This document shows positions 40,999 to 55,325 of a stretch of 64,000 bases of DNA, in pieces. Source of the DNA: Microthyrium microscopicum. Taxonomy: Eukaryota. The notes beneath the pieces were generated by a model that worked only from the letters and a program-made list of their open reading frames with translations, searched no databases and was not told the origin of the DNA. Numbering within the stretch: position 1 is the stretch's first letter; each line of letters opens with the position of its first letter. The position numbers were made by a program, and so were the translations under genes. The stretch spans positions 260,576-324,575 of the forward strand of contig MU004236.1 in NCBI GenBank assembly GCA_010405405.1, in the 5' to 3' direction.

Positions 40999-41221
40999 TG
41001 TAAGGAATCCTTACAGGTTTAGTATTGTAGTGTTTAGATGCTAAGATCTAATCCTATAGATAAGATCTCTTTATCCCATTTAGGGTTAGTATGTCTAAGA
41101 ATATCCTAGGCTCCTACTTCTTTATATCTATAGCTATATCTCTAGATCTCTTCTCTCTATACTTAGATCCTACAATACTAGCTACTTTCTACTTACCTAT
41201 TACGCCTATTAGCTCCTTATA
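40999..41221 (+). repeat. 5' LTR of element C
   Basis: TGTAAGG start; direct repeat of 48495-48717. Confidence 0.95.
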
Positions 41222-44200
41222 TAATCTAAGTACCTCTATATTAAATTTTATGCTCTACGTATATTTTATATATTATTAATAAACGCGTAGAGGCGTTTAA
41301 TAATTCCTATTAAATTACTATAGTTATACTATAAATCTAACTAATTAGTATTTAGCAATACTATCCTTAATTAAGATTAGCATTATTAAAGGTACTAACA
41401 AATTTATAAATACTAACTAGAGTAACATAAATTTAGTATCGTTTACTAGAATAAAGACTACTTAAAGGCCTAAGCTTTGCCTTATAGTATTCTTCTTAGA
41501 TCTATAAAGGCGTTTATACTACTTCCTTTCTACTAACTATAAATTATACTTACCTTATTCTTTATTAATCTATATTTATTAAATCTATTAAATTAGTTCT
41601 AATTTATTAAGAAACACTATATTATTTAGCTGCGTATTACTATAAGTAAGGCGCTACTTATTTCTAGTCTTAAACTAGCCTTCTTAAGCAATTCTTATAT
41701 TACTTATAAACGTAGTAGCGTTAGTATTTAAAGCTATTTAGTTTTACTTTATTATAGCAAAGATAGCTACTTTGTTAAGAAGCTAGTCGTCCTAAATATA
41801 GGAACTAATTAATAGTCTATTATTACGTTAATGCTATAGTAAGAGAGTATTCTAGTAGTTAAATTTATTAAAAAGTTATCTTTATTACTTAAAGTAGCTT
41901 TAGATAATAAAGACGAAGAATTCCTTTATTAGAATATTTAAGTTAGTATTAATATTTAATAACCTCATAAGATTATTACTAAACTATTAACTATAGTATC
42001 TATTATGCTAGTAAGTATAATAAAAGAGCTAGGATTAAAAGGTAAAGAGGTATTAACCTTTAGTGCTATCGTTAGTAATTTACTAGATAAAGGTATATTA
42101 GAAGTAAGATTACTTATTAATATTTACTGCTAGTTAGAATTACTAATACGTAAAAAAAAACCTTATAACGTTTCTATATTATTTCTATTTTACCTACTTT
42201 TAGAACTAGTAGACCTTAATAGTAAAGTTGCCTTACTTACTAGTATAAAGCTTTTATTTATATAAGTATTATATAGAGTAGGACTAGAGGTAAGAAAGTA
42301 GATATTAGTAGTTCTTTAGGACAATCCTAATAATTTTGCTACTCTCTAGAAATATTATATATTAATATCTAATAGTAAGTATCTAGATTAATATATTAAG
42401 TTTATAGAAGAAGATTAATTCTTTAAATAACTATATACTACGTTAGTAATTAATTAAACTATAGTATTACGTTACTAGTCTACTTAAAAACTTTAAGATT
42501 AGCTAGTAGAAAAACTTATAGACGCTAACGTAGAAGTAAGTTAATTAAGTAAGTTAGTAGATATGCTATAGGAAGAGATAGCTACTTATTAGTAGATAAT
42601 AATAAATCTTAAAGCGCTTACTAGCTAAATTTACTATAACTATAAGTTGGCGCTAACTACTACTTATTTAAATAAATAAGCTACTCTTACTAAATTAGTA
42701 AAGAAGCGTAATACTAATCTATAATATTATAAGTTAGTTATTAACCTTTATTATTAAATCTAAGAACTTAAGAATAGACTTTAGACAAATTTAAACTAAG
42801 CCTACGTTAATCTAAATAATTTAGAAGATAATATCTTTTTAGGTTGCTCTATATTATAAGTAACGTATTTAGTAGTTTTATACTTATAGCTTTAAGTTTA
42901 AAGAATACGCTATATCTTATTATTATTAGTAGCTAATAGTAGCTTCTTAGTAATACTTACAAAGTTTAAAGAACTTAGTAATTTTAAAAGTAAATTTATA
43001 TACTATAAATAGTAGAAGAAGAAGATATTAGATATACTTCTTAATAAGAATATATACTTTTACGTCCCTACTAAAAAGAAGAAGATTAAGTTTATTTATA
43101 TTTATTATACTAGCTCTATCTATAGTATTATAGTTATACGTAAAGGTCGTAAGTTAAAGAATCTTTATAGTACTATAAAAGAAATATAGGTAGACTTAGA
43201 TAAATATTATTGCTCTAAGAACGCTTTTAAGGATGCTAAGATATAGTTAAAGTCCTTAGATATTAAAATAAAAGATATAGAAGGTCTTTAAGCCTTTATT
43301 AGCTACTTCTTAATAAATTTAGTAAATATAGAACTATTTAAGCATAAGAAGATTATTAAATTATAAGATCTTATTAATTATAAGTTTATAAACCTACTAG
43401 TAGGCTAGCATTTTAGTAGCTTTATTATATTTTATGCTTAACTTTACTTAGTTATATGCTAAATTAACTATAAATCTATAGCTATAAATAATAACTCTTA
43501 TAGCTATAATAATAATTAGTTTACTAATAAAGAGGCCTAAAATAATAAAACTAATAATATTAATCGTTCTATAGACGTCTTTAATGCTTTAAAAATAGAT
43601 AAACGTTACGTCTATTATAATTAAAAGGATTATTACTACTTTAATAAGACTACTCTATATAAAGATTAGAAACCTTTATCTAATAATAAGATTAAAGCCT
43701 TAGTTATATCTTTAGTAGTAATATTTATAAAAGTTTAAAAAGAATAGTAACCCTCTATAGAGGATATTACTAAGGATAATAACTATTAGTCTTTAAATTA
43801 AACGTTTCTTCGCTAAGTTATAAAGAGGAGCTAAATAAGACTAAAGCGTATAATAAAAAAAAGAAACGCACTTTTAATACTATAACTAAGCGTATAAAGG
43901 AAATATTTCGTTAATATAATAAAGAATAGCGCTAAAATACTAAAAAAGCTAAAGAGATATTTTATTAAGTAAAAGAAGACTATAAGAATATTAAAGAAAA
44001 AGCTTAAGAGAAGACTAAAAAGATACTTAGTTACTTTTACTAGTATATTTAGCGCCTTAAGTATAAAGATACTATTTATAAAGGATATATCTCTTTAGTA
44101 TATTTATATACTATTTATATCTTACTAGCCTTTATTATATTAGTAGCATAGCTTTAAGATATTAAAAAGAAAGATTCTATTATTAGATTATAATAAACTA

Positions 44201-47200
44201 TTATTAGCTTAGTATTTATACTATAGCGTTTAACCTATTCTAATACTAGTATTTTAATTAATACTAGTAGTAGTATAATAAGAATTATTAACTCTTATTA
44301 TCTTTAATAATATAATATTTCTACTTTTTAACTTATATATCTATACTTAGTAATACTTACTAATAGTAAGTTAGTATTTATAATTAATAAAGCTACTATT
44401 CTTAACCTACGTATTAGATACTATGTTAAGTAGATTAGCTATTTCGTTATAGAAGTAGCCTCTTATAATTTAATCTTAAGAGTACTTTAGCTAAATTAAT
44501 ATAAAGTTAACCTATATAGAGGTTTAAGAATATTAACCTTCTATAGTATAAGATATATTATAAATTATATTATATCGTAACGTCTAATTACTATAAACTT
44601 AAAAGAACGATTTATAAACTTAGAATTACCTAAAGAATTAAATATTATTTTTATATCTATAGTAACGTTTAAGAAACTAATAAAGCGTAAAGACGCTATA
44701 GTTAATATATTTTAGCTTAAAGATTTTAATAATAAAAAAGAAAAGAAACCTTCTAATAGCAATAAAGATAATAATAATAAATTTACTATAAACCTTACTA
44801 TATATACTATATTAGAAGAAGATTATCTTAAATAGTAAGATAAGTAAGATTGCTCTTACTTATTAAAAAAGGAAATCTTAAAACTTATTTTAGAACGTTT
44901 CTACTAATATTTTAAAGTCTTTAATCTAAAGCGTTTAGATATTCTTATGCCTTACTATAGTAAATATAACTACGCTATTAACTTTATTTCTAATGCCAAA
45001 ATTCTAAAACGCTAACTTATATTAATGTTACTAAAATAAGCCTTAGTTATTAAATAATATATTAAGAGTCTACTTTAGCACGGTTTTACTATAAGTTTAA
45101 AATCTTAATATACTATATTTATGCTTTATATAAGCAAGCTAGAAGGAGATATCTATATCTATATTAATTATTGTGAGTTAAATAATATTACTATTAAAAA
45201 TAGTAATATTCTATTGCTTATTAGTAAGATACTTATACGCTTTATATAGGCAAAGTATTACTTTAAGTTTAACGTTATTATTGCCTTTAAATATATTTAT
45301 ATTAAATTTAAAAATAAATATAAGATAGCATTCTTAATACATTACGGCCTATTTAAGTTTAAAGTACTATCTTTTAGCCTTATAGGGGGACTAGGGACAT
45401 TTTAAGCGTACGTTAATTATATACTAATATAGTTTTTAAATAATTTTGTAACTATTTATTTAGATAACATTCTAGTATTTAGCAAGACATTAGAAGAATA
45501 TAACGCCTATATATATTTAGTACTAAACGTATTAGAATATATAGGTTTATTCCTTAATATTAAAAAGTTAGAGTTTGCTATCTAAGAAATAAAATACCTT
45601 AGTCTAATTATTATTATAGAAGGTATTAAGATAGACCTCTTAAAGGTTAATACTATAATTAACTAAGAATAACTAAGTTATTTTAAGGATATATAGGCAT
45701 TTCTTAGATTTATTAACTTTTACTAACGATTTATCTTTAATTACTCTACTATAGTAGTATCGTTAATAAATCTTACTTAGAAGGATGCTCTAGCTATATT
45801 CCTCTAGGACCCTAATAAGCTTAAGGAATAAGCTTTTAAGAAGCTAAAAGTAGACTTTACTAATATACTAATTCTATAATACTTTAATTATACTAAGGAA
45901 ACTTAGATAGAGATAAACGTATTAGATTAAGCTTACGCTACTATATTATTATAAAAAGATGCAAATAGTAATCTAAGACTAGTTACCTTTCTTTCTAAGA
46001 AAATATTACTAGTAGAATATAATTATAATATTTATAATAAAGAACTACTTACTATTGCTTACGTCTTTAAGAAGTAAGAACCTAAGTTATTTAGTACTAA
46101 AAATATTATAAAAGTATTTTTAGATTATTAGAATCTTTAAACCTTTATAAAGACTAAGAAGCTTATATACTATTAAATACGCTAGACTAAATTCTTATTA
46201 TAATTCTACTTTTTAATTAAATACTACCTTAATAAGAATAATAGCAAAGCTAACGCTTTAATCTAAAGATTATAAGACGTACTATAAAGTAATAAAGACC
46301 TATAAGTTAAGCAATAGTATTAACTATTCTTATTCTTATATTAATTTAGTACTAAATAAGCTATTAAGCTAGCTATAATCCTTATTAACCTAATTACTTT
46401 ATTCTTTATATAGATAGCTATACTTATGTTAAATAAGCTAAATATTACTATAGTAGGAGAGTCTAATTTAGAACTTATTATAAAAAGCTCTTAGAATAGA
46501 GCTCTAGCTAGTTTAGATAATTTACTACTAGTTAATACTAAATCTTTAGATTTTAACTTAAAGTAGTTTATATAGGAAGTAATAAAGGTAAGTAAGAAAG
46601 ATAAGTTACTAATCATAATTTAACTAGTAAAGGCATAGAAAGACTACTTCTTATTCTTTAAAGTACTAAATTAAGATTAAATTAAATTAATAGATTATAA
46701 GGCTCTACTAAATAGTACTATCCTTTATTAATAAAAGTTATTTATACTAACAATATATTTACGAAATAAAGTAATAAAATAGGCATATTAATATAAAGTT
46801 ATAGGCTATAGAGGAACTATAACGACCTACTACTACCTTTAATAAGATTACTAGTAGCTAAGAATATTAGAATATATTAAGAAATATATTAAAGGTTATT
46901 ACTATATCTTTTTAAAGCTAGTACGCTAAAAGAAGTAAAAGCTTCTTTACTTATTTCCTCTACTAGATTAAGCTTAGTTTAATATCTCTATAGACTTTAC
47001 TATCTTACTACTACGCTATATCTATTAAAGTATAGTTTACTAGTATATTATAGTTATTATTAATCGTTTAATATAATTATAATAGTTTATTACCCTTTTA
47101 AGTCTTTTAATAGAAATAATAGTTATAGTATTTATTAATTAAGTATAAAAGCTATATAGTTAGCTAGACTCTATTCTTTTAGATTAAGGAACTTAATTTA

Positions 47201-48494
47201 TATCTACCTTTTAAAGTTACTTATATAAACGTATAAGCATTATATTAAGATTAAGTACTATATAATATTTAGAGTCTAATAATATTACTAAAATAACTAT
47301 TACTACCTTAAAATAGTATCTTAGATTCTTTATTAATTAGAATTAGAATAATTAGGTAGCCCTATTACTATTTACTAAATTTATAGTAAATTTTGCTATA
47401 AATACTACTACTAGTTTTATACTTTTTAAGGTATAAAATAGTTTTCTATTAAAATTAGGACTTAAGTCTACTTACTATTTACTACCTAAAGCATTATATG
47501 CTTTTATTATAGTACGTAAAGAAGTTATTACTACTAATTAAGTATAGAATAGTTAAGAGAAGCTTTATAAGTTTTTAAAGGAGTAATTAGTATAGGCTTA
47601 GGCTTAATAAAAACTCTACGCTAATAAGTATTAACGTTTAGTACTAGATCTTTATTCTAAAGACTAGATATAACTTAACGTTTAAAATTATAATATAACT
47701 TACTCTTTAAAAATACTTAATAGCAAAAGCGCTAGTTTCTTTAAGGTATTATACAAGATTAATAAAGTAACCTATAAATTAGATCTTTCTAAATTAATAA
47801 AAATATACCTAATATTCTATACCTAGCTACTATATTTAATTAATAATAATATATACTTATTATAGGAATTAAACCTACCCTTAGTAGTTATTAGTAAAAA
47901 AAAAAGCAAAGAAGAATAGCTTATTAATACTATTATTAATAGTAAATAAGATAGTAGGGGTAAGAATAAGGTACTTAAATATAAGATTAAATAGATAGGA
48001 TTTTATAATAAAACTTAGTAGCCTTAGAAGAATACTATTAACGTACTTAATACTATATTAAAATTCTATAAGCTTTATCCTTAGAAGCCTAGTCTATACC
48101 CTTCTTAATCTTTACTAGTAAATAAAGTTAAAGAAGAAGATTATAATGCTAATAAACTACTTACGAATTAAGATTATATAGTATAAAAAGCGTTATATTT
48201 ATTTATTTTTACTAATAGTATTATACCCTTAGTTTAGTTTTTAATTTACGCTATTAAAGGGATTATAGAATACTATAAACTAGCTTAAATAGATATTCTC
48301 TTCTTTATTAAATAGATTTAGATAGTACTAAGGTAAGTAGATAGTATATTATTATATTCCTTAGTAGTAATATATATAAAGGAGTTTTATATTTATATAG
48401 ACTAGCTTAGCCTAGCCTAGATTAGCCTAGACTAGACTAGAATAAATTAGATTAAGATATAGCCTATAAGGTCTATTTTAGAAGAGAAAAGTTA

Positions 48495-48717
48495 TATAAG
48501 GAATCCTTATAGGTTTAGTATTATAGTATTTAGATACTAAGATCTAATCCTATAGATAAGATCTTTTTATCCTATTTAGGGTTAGTATGTCTAAGGATAT
48601 CCTAGGCTCCTACTTCTTTATATCCGTAGCTATATCTCTAGATCTCTTCTTTCTATACTTAGATCCTATAATACTAGCTACTTTCTGCTTACTTATCGCG
48701 CCCATTAGCTCCTCATA
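48495..48717 (+). repeat. 3' LTR of element C
   Basis: Direct repeat of 40999-41221; preceded by a purine tract. Confidence 0.95.
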
Positions 48718-51700
48718 CTTAAAGATTAGAACTCCTTACTAAACTTTAAGGCTAAGACTTTATCTTTTATTTATCTAAAGGATAACTACTATAATAAGAT
48801 TAGTTCTATTTCTCTAAAGAAGTTACTCTAATTAGGTTAAGATAGATTTACTTAGCTCTTTAAGTATCTAGTAGGTTTATTAAACTATATTAGCTTATAA
48901 AACTTACTATATTACTATAAGGAGCTTATAGAGGCTTTTAGTAAGAATAAAGTATAAGATTTAATAAAATATAGTTTATAGGACTTAGTTATTAACTTTA
49001 AGCTAGGTATAAGTATACTCTATTAGCTTATTTATAGTTTATTAAAAGTAGAACTAGTTATTTTATATAAATACCTTAAAAGAGATTTTAAGAAAAGATT
49101 TATTTATAAATCTTAGTTTTCTACTAGAGCTCTAATTATCTTTATAAAGAAAAAGAATAATACTTTATATTTATATATAGACTATAGAGGCTTAAATAAT
49201 ATTATAGTTAAGAACTACTATACTTTACTATTAATTAAAAAGTTATTAGACTAACTATTAAGAGCTAAGCTCTTTATAAGCCTAGACTTTTATAAAGTAT
49301 ACTATTATATCTATATTTATATTAGTAATAAGTAGAAGATAATATTCTAAACTAAATATAAGTTCTTTAAGTATTAAGTAATATTTTTTAGGTTTACTAA
49401 TACTTTTACTATTTTTTAAGTATATATTAACTAAGCTCTATATAGCTTTATTAATATAACTTATATTATTTATCTTAATAATATTCTTATCTTCTCTAAG
49501 AATAAAAAAGATTATATTAGATATATAAAGAAGGTACTTAAAAGACTTATTAAGTTTAAGTTATATATTAAGCTATTAAAGTATAGCTTTTATATAGACT
49601 AAATTAAGTACTTTAAGTATATTATAACTTTAGATAGTATTATAATAAAATTAAAATAAATTATAATAGTTATAGATTAGCTAATATTATATAATATATA
49701 TTAAGTAAGAAAGTTTATTAGCTTTATAAATTACTATTAATATTTTATTACTAACTTCTCTTATATTACTTCTTTATTAAACTCTTTAACTAAGAAGCTT
49801 CTAGAATAAGCCCTAAAAGGCTAATAGCTATATAATAAAGAATTAGTTTCTATTAACTTCTCTCCTAAAGCTATTTAATCCTTTAATAATCTAAAGGCTA
49901 TTTTTATATATATACTAATTTTTATTTATTATAATTTTATATTAGAGACTTATTTAGAGATAGATACCTTTAAGTAAGTAATCTATAGTATTTTAAGTTA
50001 AAAATAAATTAAGCTAGGCTAAGAAAGCTAATAGTAACTTATAGTATTCTACTTAAGGAAGTTATTAGAACCTAAGAGTTACTATAAGACTCTATAGTAA
50101 AAATTCCTAGCTATTATTAACTCTATAAGAGTCTTTTATAAGTATCTATATAATATTCTAAAGTTCTTAGTCTTAATAGATTATATAAACTTTTATTTAC
50201 TTAATACGTCTTAAAATATTTTTACTATATATATAAGATAAGTAAATTTCCTTATTAAGTTTAAGTTTAATATTAAGTACTATTTAAGGAAGATAAATTC
50301 TATAGATAGACTCTTATAAAGACTAGACTACGTCTCCTTAAGTAATATAAAGTAGAAAAGAATTATAGATATCTTATTAAACCTTATTTAAAATAAACTA
50401 TAACTATTTAAGGTTCTTAAGCTTAATAAAGACCTAACTAGATTTATTAATATTTTAATTATATTTATTAGTACCTTATTATAGTACTTAAGAAATAATT
50501 CTTAAGAAATAGATATTATTACTATATTAAATATATTTAATAGCTTCTTTACTAAGCTAATAGAAGATAAATAAACCTATTTATAGATAGAGGTTACTAT
50601 AAAGAATAGTAAAGTCTAAATTCTTTAATATTTCTATAATAATTTTCTAAAAGAAGGCTATAAAGGCTAACATAAGACGTTAAAGAAGATTTAATACTAT
50701 TATACTTAGAATAATATTAATAAAGATATTTAAGAGTACTATATAGCTTATTTAGAGTATAAATAAAATACGTCTATTAAATAAGGCTAAAATAGACTTC
50801 TTTTATTCTTATTAGTACTAATAGCTTCTTAAGAAGATATTATAGTTAATTTTATTACTAACTTACTTTTAAGTATTTTTTAAGGATAATTATATAACTC
50901 TATTATAGTAATTATTTATAAGCTAACTAAAATAGCTTATTACGTACTTTATTATAAAGATATAAATGTAAATAATTTTATTAAGCTTTTCTTATATAAG
51001 GTAGTATAACTTTATAGCGTACTAAATATAATTATATTTAATAAAGGCTCTATATTTATCTTTAAGTTCTAGAATATATTTCTTTACTACTTAGAGATCT
51101 AATAGAAGCTATTTACTATATTCTAACTTTAAATAGATAGATAAATAGAGTATTAAAACTAAGAGATTAAGTACTATTTATATATTTATTATAGCTAAAA
51201 ATAGGATAATTAAGCTAAAAAGCTTAATTTTACTAAGTTTATATATAATAATAGTATATATAGCTTAACTAGTATTATTTTATTTATAGTATATATAAAT
51301 AGATACCTATATATACTAGAAGTATCTAAAGAGTATTTAATAAGTACTACTCTTAATATAAAGAAACTAATAAAATATATTCTATCTCTTTAAAGAGCTC
51401 TTTAGACTTATTTAGAGAATATTTAAACTCTATAAGCTAAATACTATAATAAAAGCTATAAGGACGTTACCTTAAAGATAAATAACTAAGTTCTACTTAA
51501 TATAAAGAATATTAGAATAGCTAAGTCTAAAAAGAAACTAGATATTAAGTATATAGGCCTTTTTAAAGTAATAAAGATTATTAATTATAATATATATTAT
51601 ATTAATCTACCTAAGGGCGCTTTAATTTATAACGTCTTTTATATTTTCTTATTATAATAATATATACTTAATATATACTTTTTATAGTAAATAGTCTTAC

Positions 51701-52660
51701 CTTAAAAAACCTTAGATTTTAAAGAGACTAATTACTATAAGGTTAAAAGCGTAATTAAATATAAGGTTAATAAAGATAGTACTTATTATTATAAAGTAAA
51801 GTAGAAGAACTACTTTATATCTAAAATAAGCTAGAAACCTACTAGTAACTTCTTCTTAATTACGCTAAAGCGCTATTAAAAGAAATTAAAGAAAAAGAAT
51901 ATCTCTTTAGCTAAATTAGCTTTAATAGAAGTAACTAAATATAAATTAAAATAACTTAACTTAAATAAACCTTATCTAAAGCTTAAGAAGTTAAGAAGAC
52001 GTTTAAAAAAGTCTTTAGTACCTATTAAACTTATATTAGCTAAGAAAGAGCTAAGTAGACTAAAATAATTATAATAAGACTTAAAATAAGTCTCTTTTTA
52101 TAAAGGAAATAAGTATAAAAGTATAATTACTTTATAGTATATATAAATATATAATAATAATTTACTTTACTTATAATTAAGATAAGTCTATATAAATAAA
52201 ACTAAATAGTACTTAAATAGTACTATTATAATACTTTAGAATAAATAGATTTCTATAGATATATATATAAATATAGTCTAAATAGAAAAGACTTAGAGAA
52301 AATTTAGAACTAGATATAGAATTAATTTTAAATTTAAACTTAAAACTATTAGTATTACTTTAGCTTTACTTATTAATCCTTAAAGGGGTACTCTTTAAAT
52401 ACCTTAAAATAATAATTTTAAGTTTATAGAGATATACTCCTAAGTACTATTTAGGTTTATAAAAAAGAACTTAGAAATTTAAGAAAGTATTTTATTAAAA
52501 GAAATTATCTTATACTATTTATATAAATTAATTTAAATAAAACTTAATAGCTACTAAGTACTAATAAATAGCTTATAATAAATCTAAAATATAACTAACT
52601 TTATTTATTAGATACTAAATATATTAACTTAATACTAGATATATCTACTAGATATTATAT

Positions 52661-54560
52661 CTACTCTTTAGACTCTTTAGTTTCTAAATTATTATTATTA
52701 GAATTAATCTAACCTATTATAACTAGATAGTAATAAAGAACTATCTACTTACTTAAACTAAGCTTATACTTATTAATCTAGCTCTAAAGGATTATAAACT
52801 AACTTATATTAAAAGCCTTCTTTTTCTTTTTAGTACTATTAGCCTATTAAGAAGTAAGTATCTTTATAACGTTAGTAAGCTTACTAATTTAATATAATAA
52901 AGTACTTATAACCTAAAATAGAGTTAGTTAGAATCTAAGTAATATAATTAGAGTACTTATATCCTCTTAGCTACTATTTATAAGTAATTTAAATTTATAA
53001 TAATAAATATAAAGATTATTATAGCGCTTAATATAAATAGTATTAATAGTAGCTCTAAGTAAAGCTACTTTAGAGTAATAGATAGCCTTCTTAGCCTTAA
53101 GAATATCTTTATTATTTTTATAATATACTAGTATTATATAGATATTATTATATTTACTTTTAGCAATACTAGAATATAAAGGAAAGATATTATTTATAGT
53201 ATTAATATAAATATACTTATTTATATTAGTTTAAACCTAAGTATAATAAGAAGGTTTACTTATATTTAAATAGCCTTTATAACGTCTTTATTAGTAATAT
53301 AAACTACCTTTTTAGTATAAAGGAGCTAACTTATATTATACTTACTTAAATTACTATTATAAGTTTACTAATAAAGTATATAAATCTTTATTATATTATA
53401 ATACTTTATAATAAGGTTCTTAATAATACCCTTCTTATAAAGAATAACTTAAGAAATAATTAGTAATAATTAGATTTAAATTAAATTAATTAAGAATAAC
53501 TTACTTTAAGATACTACTAATAAAACTTTATAATCTTATAAGTTATATAGTAGTAACTATTTTAAACCTTAAAGGCTAATACGTAGTTCTTATAAGCTAT
53601 ATAGTACTAATCCTTTAGATTAATATATAAGAAGGTCTTAGTATATACTTTAGTATATTACTAATATAAATTAAGTAAGAAAAACTATTTAATAATTAAC
53701 TTAGTTTTATTCTTATATAAAATAGACTTATCTATATTAGATAGTTTTATCTTATTATTATTAAAGTTATATAGAAAATATTTACTACTTAACTAATTAT
53801 AATTAATTAATACGTTATAAATAAGGAAGATTTAGTATAATTTAAACTAAGCCTAAGCCTTATTAGTATATATAATACTATTAATATATATTTACTTTAT
53901 ATTAGGCTAAGAAGGTTTAGACTTATTATTATAATTACGCTTAGAAATCTTTTTTTTTTCTTAGCCTAGATAGTATCCTTTTTAATTTCCTTAGATTTAG
54001 AAGGCTTTAAAAAGAAGTAGCCTAAACTTAATAATTTAATATAATTATTATTAGTATTAATTTTAGTACTATTAATAAATTTAACCTAGTTAGTTACCTT
54101 TTTAGTAATATTAATATTAGTAGAATTAGTTAGTTTTATAACGCTAATAGTTAGAGTCTTTAATAAATTAATAGTATCTTTAAAAACCTTAGAGGTATTA
54201 AATAGAGATAAACTAGATCTATTTAAAGCCTTATTAGCTTCTACTTTATTCTTTATAGTAGTTATTAGAGAGAATAGGTATAAAAGAGTATAAAGTATAT
54301 TAAGTAGATTTATAAGGAAGCTACTAGTAAAATATTAAGACTACTAGCTAAGACTTATTCTTATACTATAGTTCTATTTATAAAGATTAGCTTTACTTAG
54401 TTAATTAGGATTTACTTAAGTATATACCTTAATTCTATAAAAGTAGAATAAAGAAGAATTAGAAGAAGTACGTAATTATAAAATTAAATATACCTTATTT
54501 AATACTTTTTTACTTAATTAGGTTAGTAGAGAGTAAATATTTATTTTATTAAGTACTTCT
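52661..54560 (-). pseudogene. Antisense multi-intron passenger gene relic in the 3' region of Gypsy D
   Basis: Minus-strand introns 54493-54435, 54427-54374 (7-nt micro-exon between them), 53504-53448 and 52960-52913. Long nearly stop-free frames (54250-53900; 53215-52961). Acidic C-terminus ending TAG at 52663-52661. 5' end approximate. Confidence 0.7.
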
Positions 54561-54965
54561 TATTAAAAAAAGCTTTAATATTAATCCTTACTATAAGTAA
54601 AGATTCTAAAGAAGGAAGTTACTTTTAGTAAGTAATAACTTATAGATTAAGTAGACTTAAGGTAATAGCCTAAGGAAACTTAAAAACGTCTAAGTCTCTA
54701 ATAAACTTAGATAAACCTAAATAAGTACCTAATAATAATATTTAGCTTTATAAATTATTATTTAAGGAGTACTCTTTTAAGTAATATTTAAAACTAATAA
54801 TAAGTTTACTAAGATTTACTAAGATTATTATCTAACTAGCTAGATAGTAGCTAAGTAGTTTATATTATTATAATATAATATATTCTAAAGTATATTAGTA
54901 CTATTAGAATATAGTTAATCTTTTAGAGACTTATAAGGACGTTTAGATCCTTATTAAGGAGATAA

Positions 54966-55325
54966 TATTAGGAATTAAACCTAATAAATTCTTTAAGATA
55001 AGCATTATAGCCTAAGTACCTTAGCTTAATAGTTATTAGAAGCTAATAAAGCTACTTCTTTAGTTTTAGTATATTCTATAGTTAAGAGAATTAATAGGTT
55101 TCTAATTATTATAATTAGTAGCTAAATATACCTTTAAGGTATTTTAGCTTATAGATAGACTACTCTAGCTTAGAGAAGAACCTTAAAGGTTCTTAGGTAA
55201 TAAGATAGAGGCTAAGGAATTCCTTAGTAGTTCTTTAGTAATTACTCTTATTCCTATTTCTATATACCTAATTTATTAAGTATTTTATAACCTTCTTACT
55301 TACTCTATAACTCTAATCTCTAATA
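54966..55325 (+). repeat. 3' LTR of element D
   Basis: Direct repeat of 38897-39256; preceded by a degenerate purine tract. Confidence 0.93.

Larger units (their letters stand above)
40999..48717 (+). mobile_element. Ty3/Gypsy chromovirus-type LTR retrotransposon C (full length, 7719 bp, RIP'd; LTR related to element A)
   Basis: 223-bp LTRs at 40999-41221 and 48495-48717 with TSD CTTAA (40994-40998, 48718-48722). PPT at ~48479-48491. RT IYLDDIL (de-RIP'd) at 45454-45474. Inserted into the GMPWL protease motif of D. Confidence 0.96.
38897..55325 (+). mobile_element. Ty3/Gypsy chromovirus-type LTR retrotransposon D (~8.7 kb net, interrupted by element C)
   Basis: 360-bp LTRs at 38897-39256 and 54966-55325 with TSD ATTAT (38892-38896, 55326-55330). 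Gag CCHC knuckle at ~40446, RT IYLDDIL (de-RIP'd) at 49468-49488, chromodomain at ~51735-51880. Confidence 0.95.

Noticed and set aside
41091..41279. 62-aa ORF in the AT block
   Set aside because: Lies within the LTR of element C; a chance frame in RIP'd DNA.
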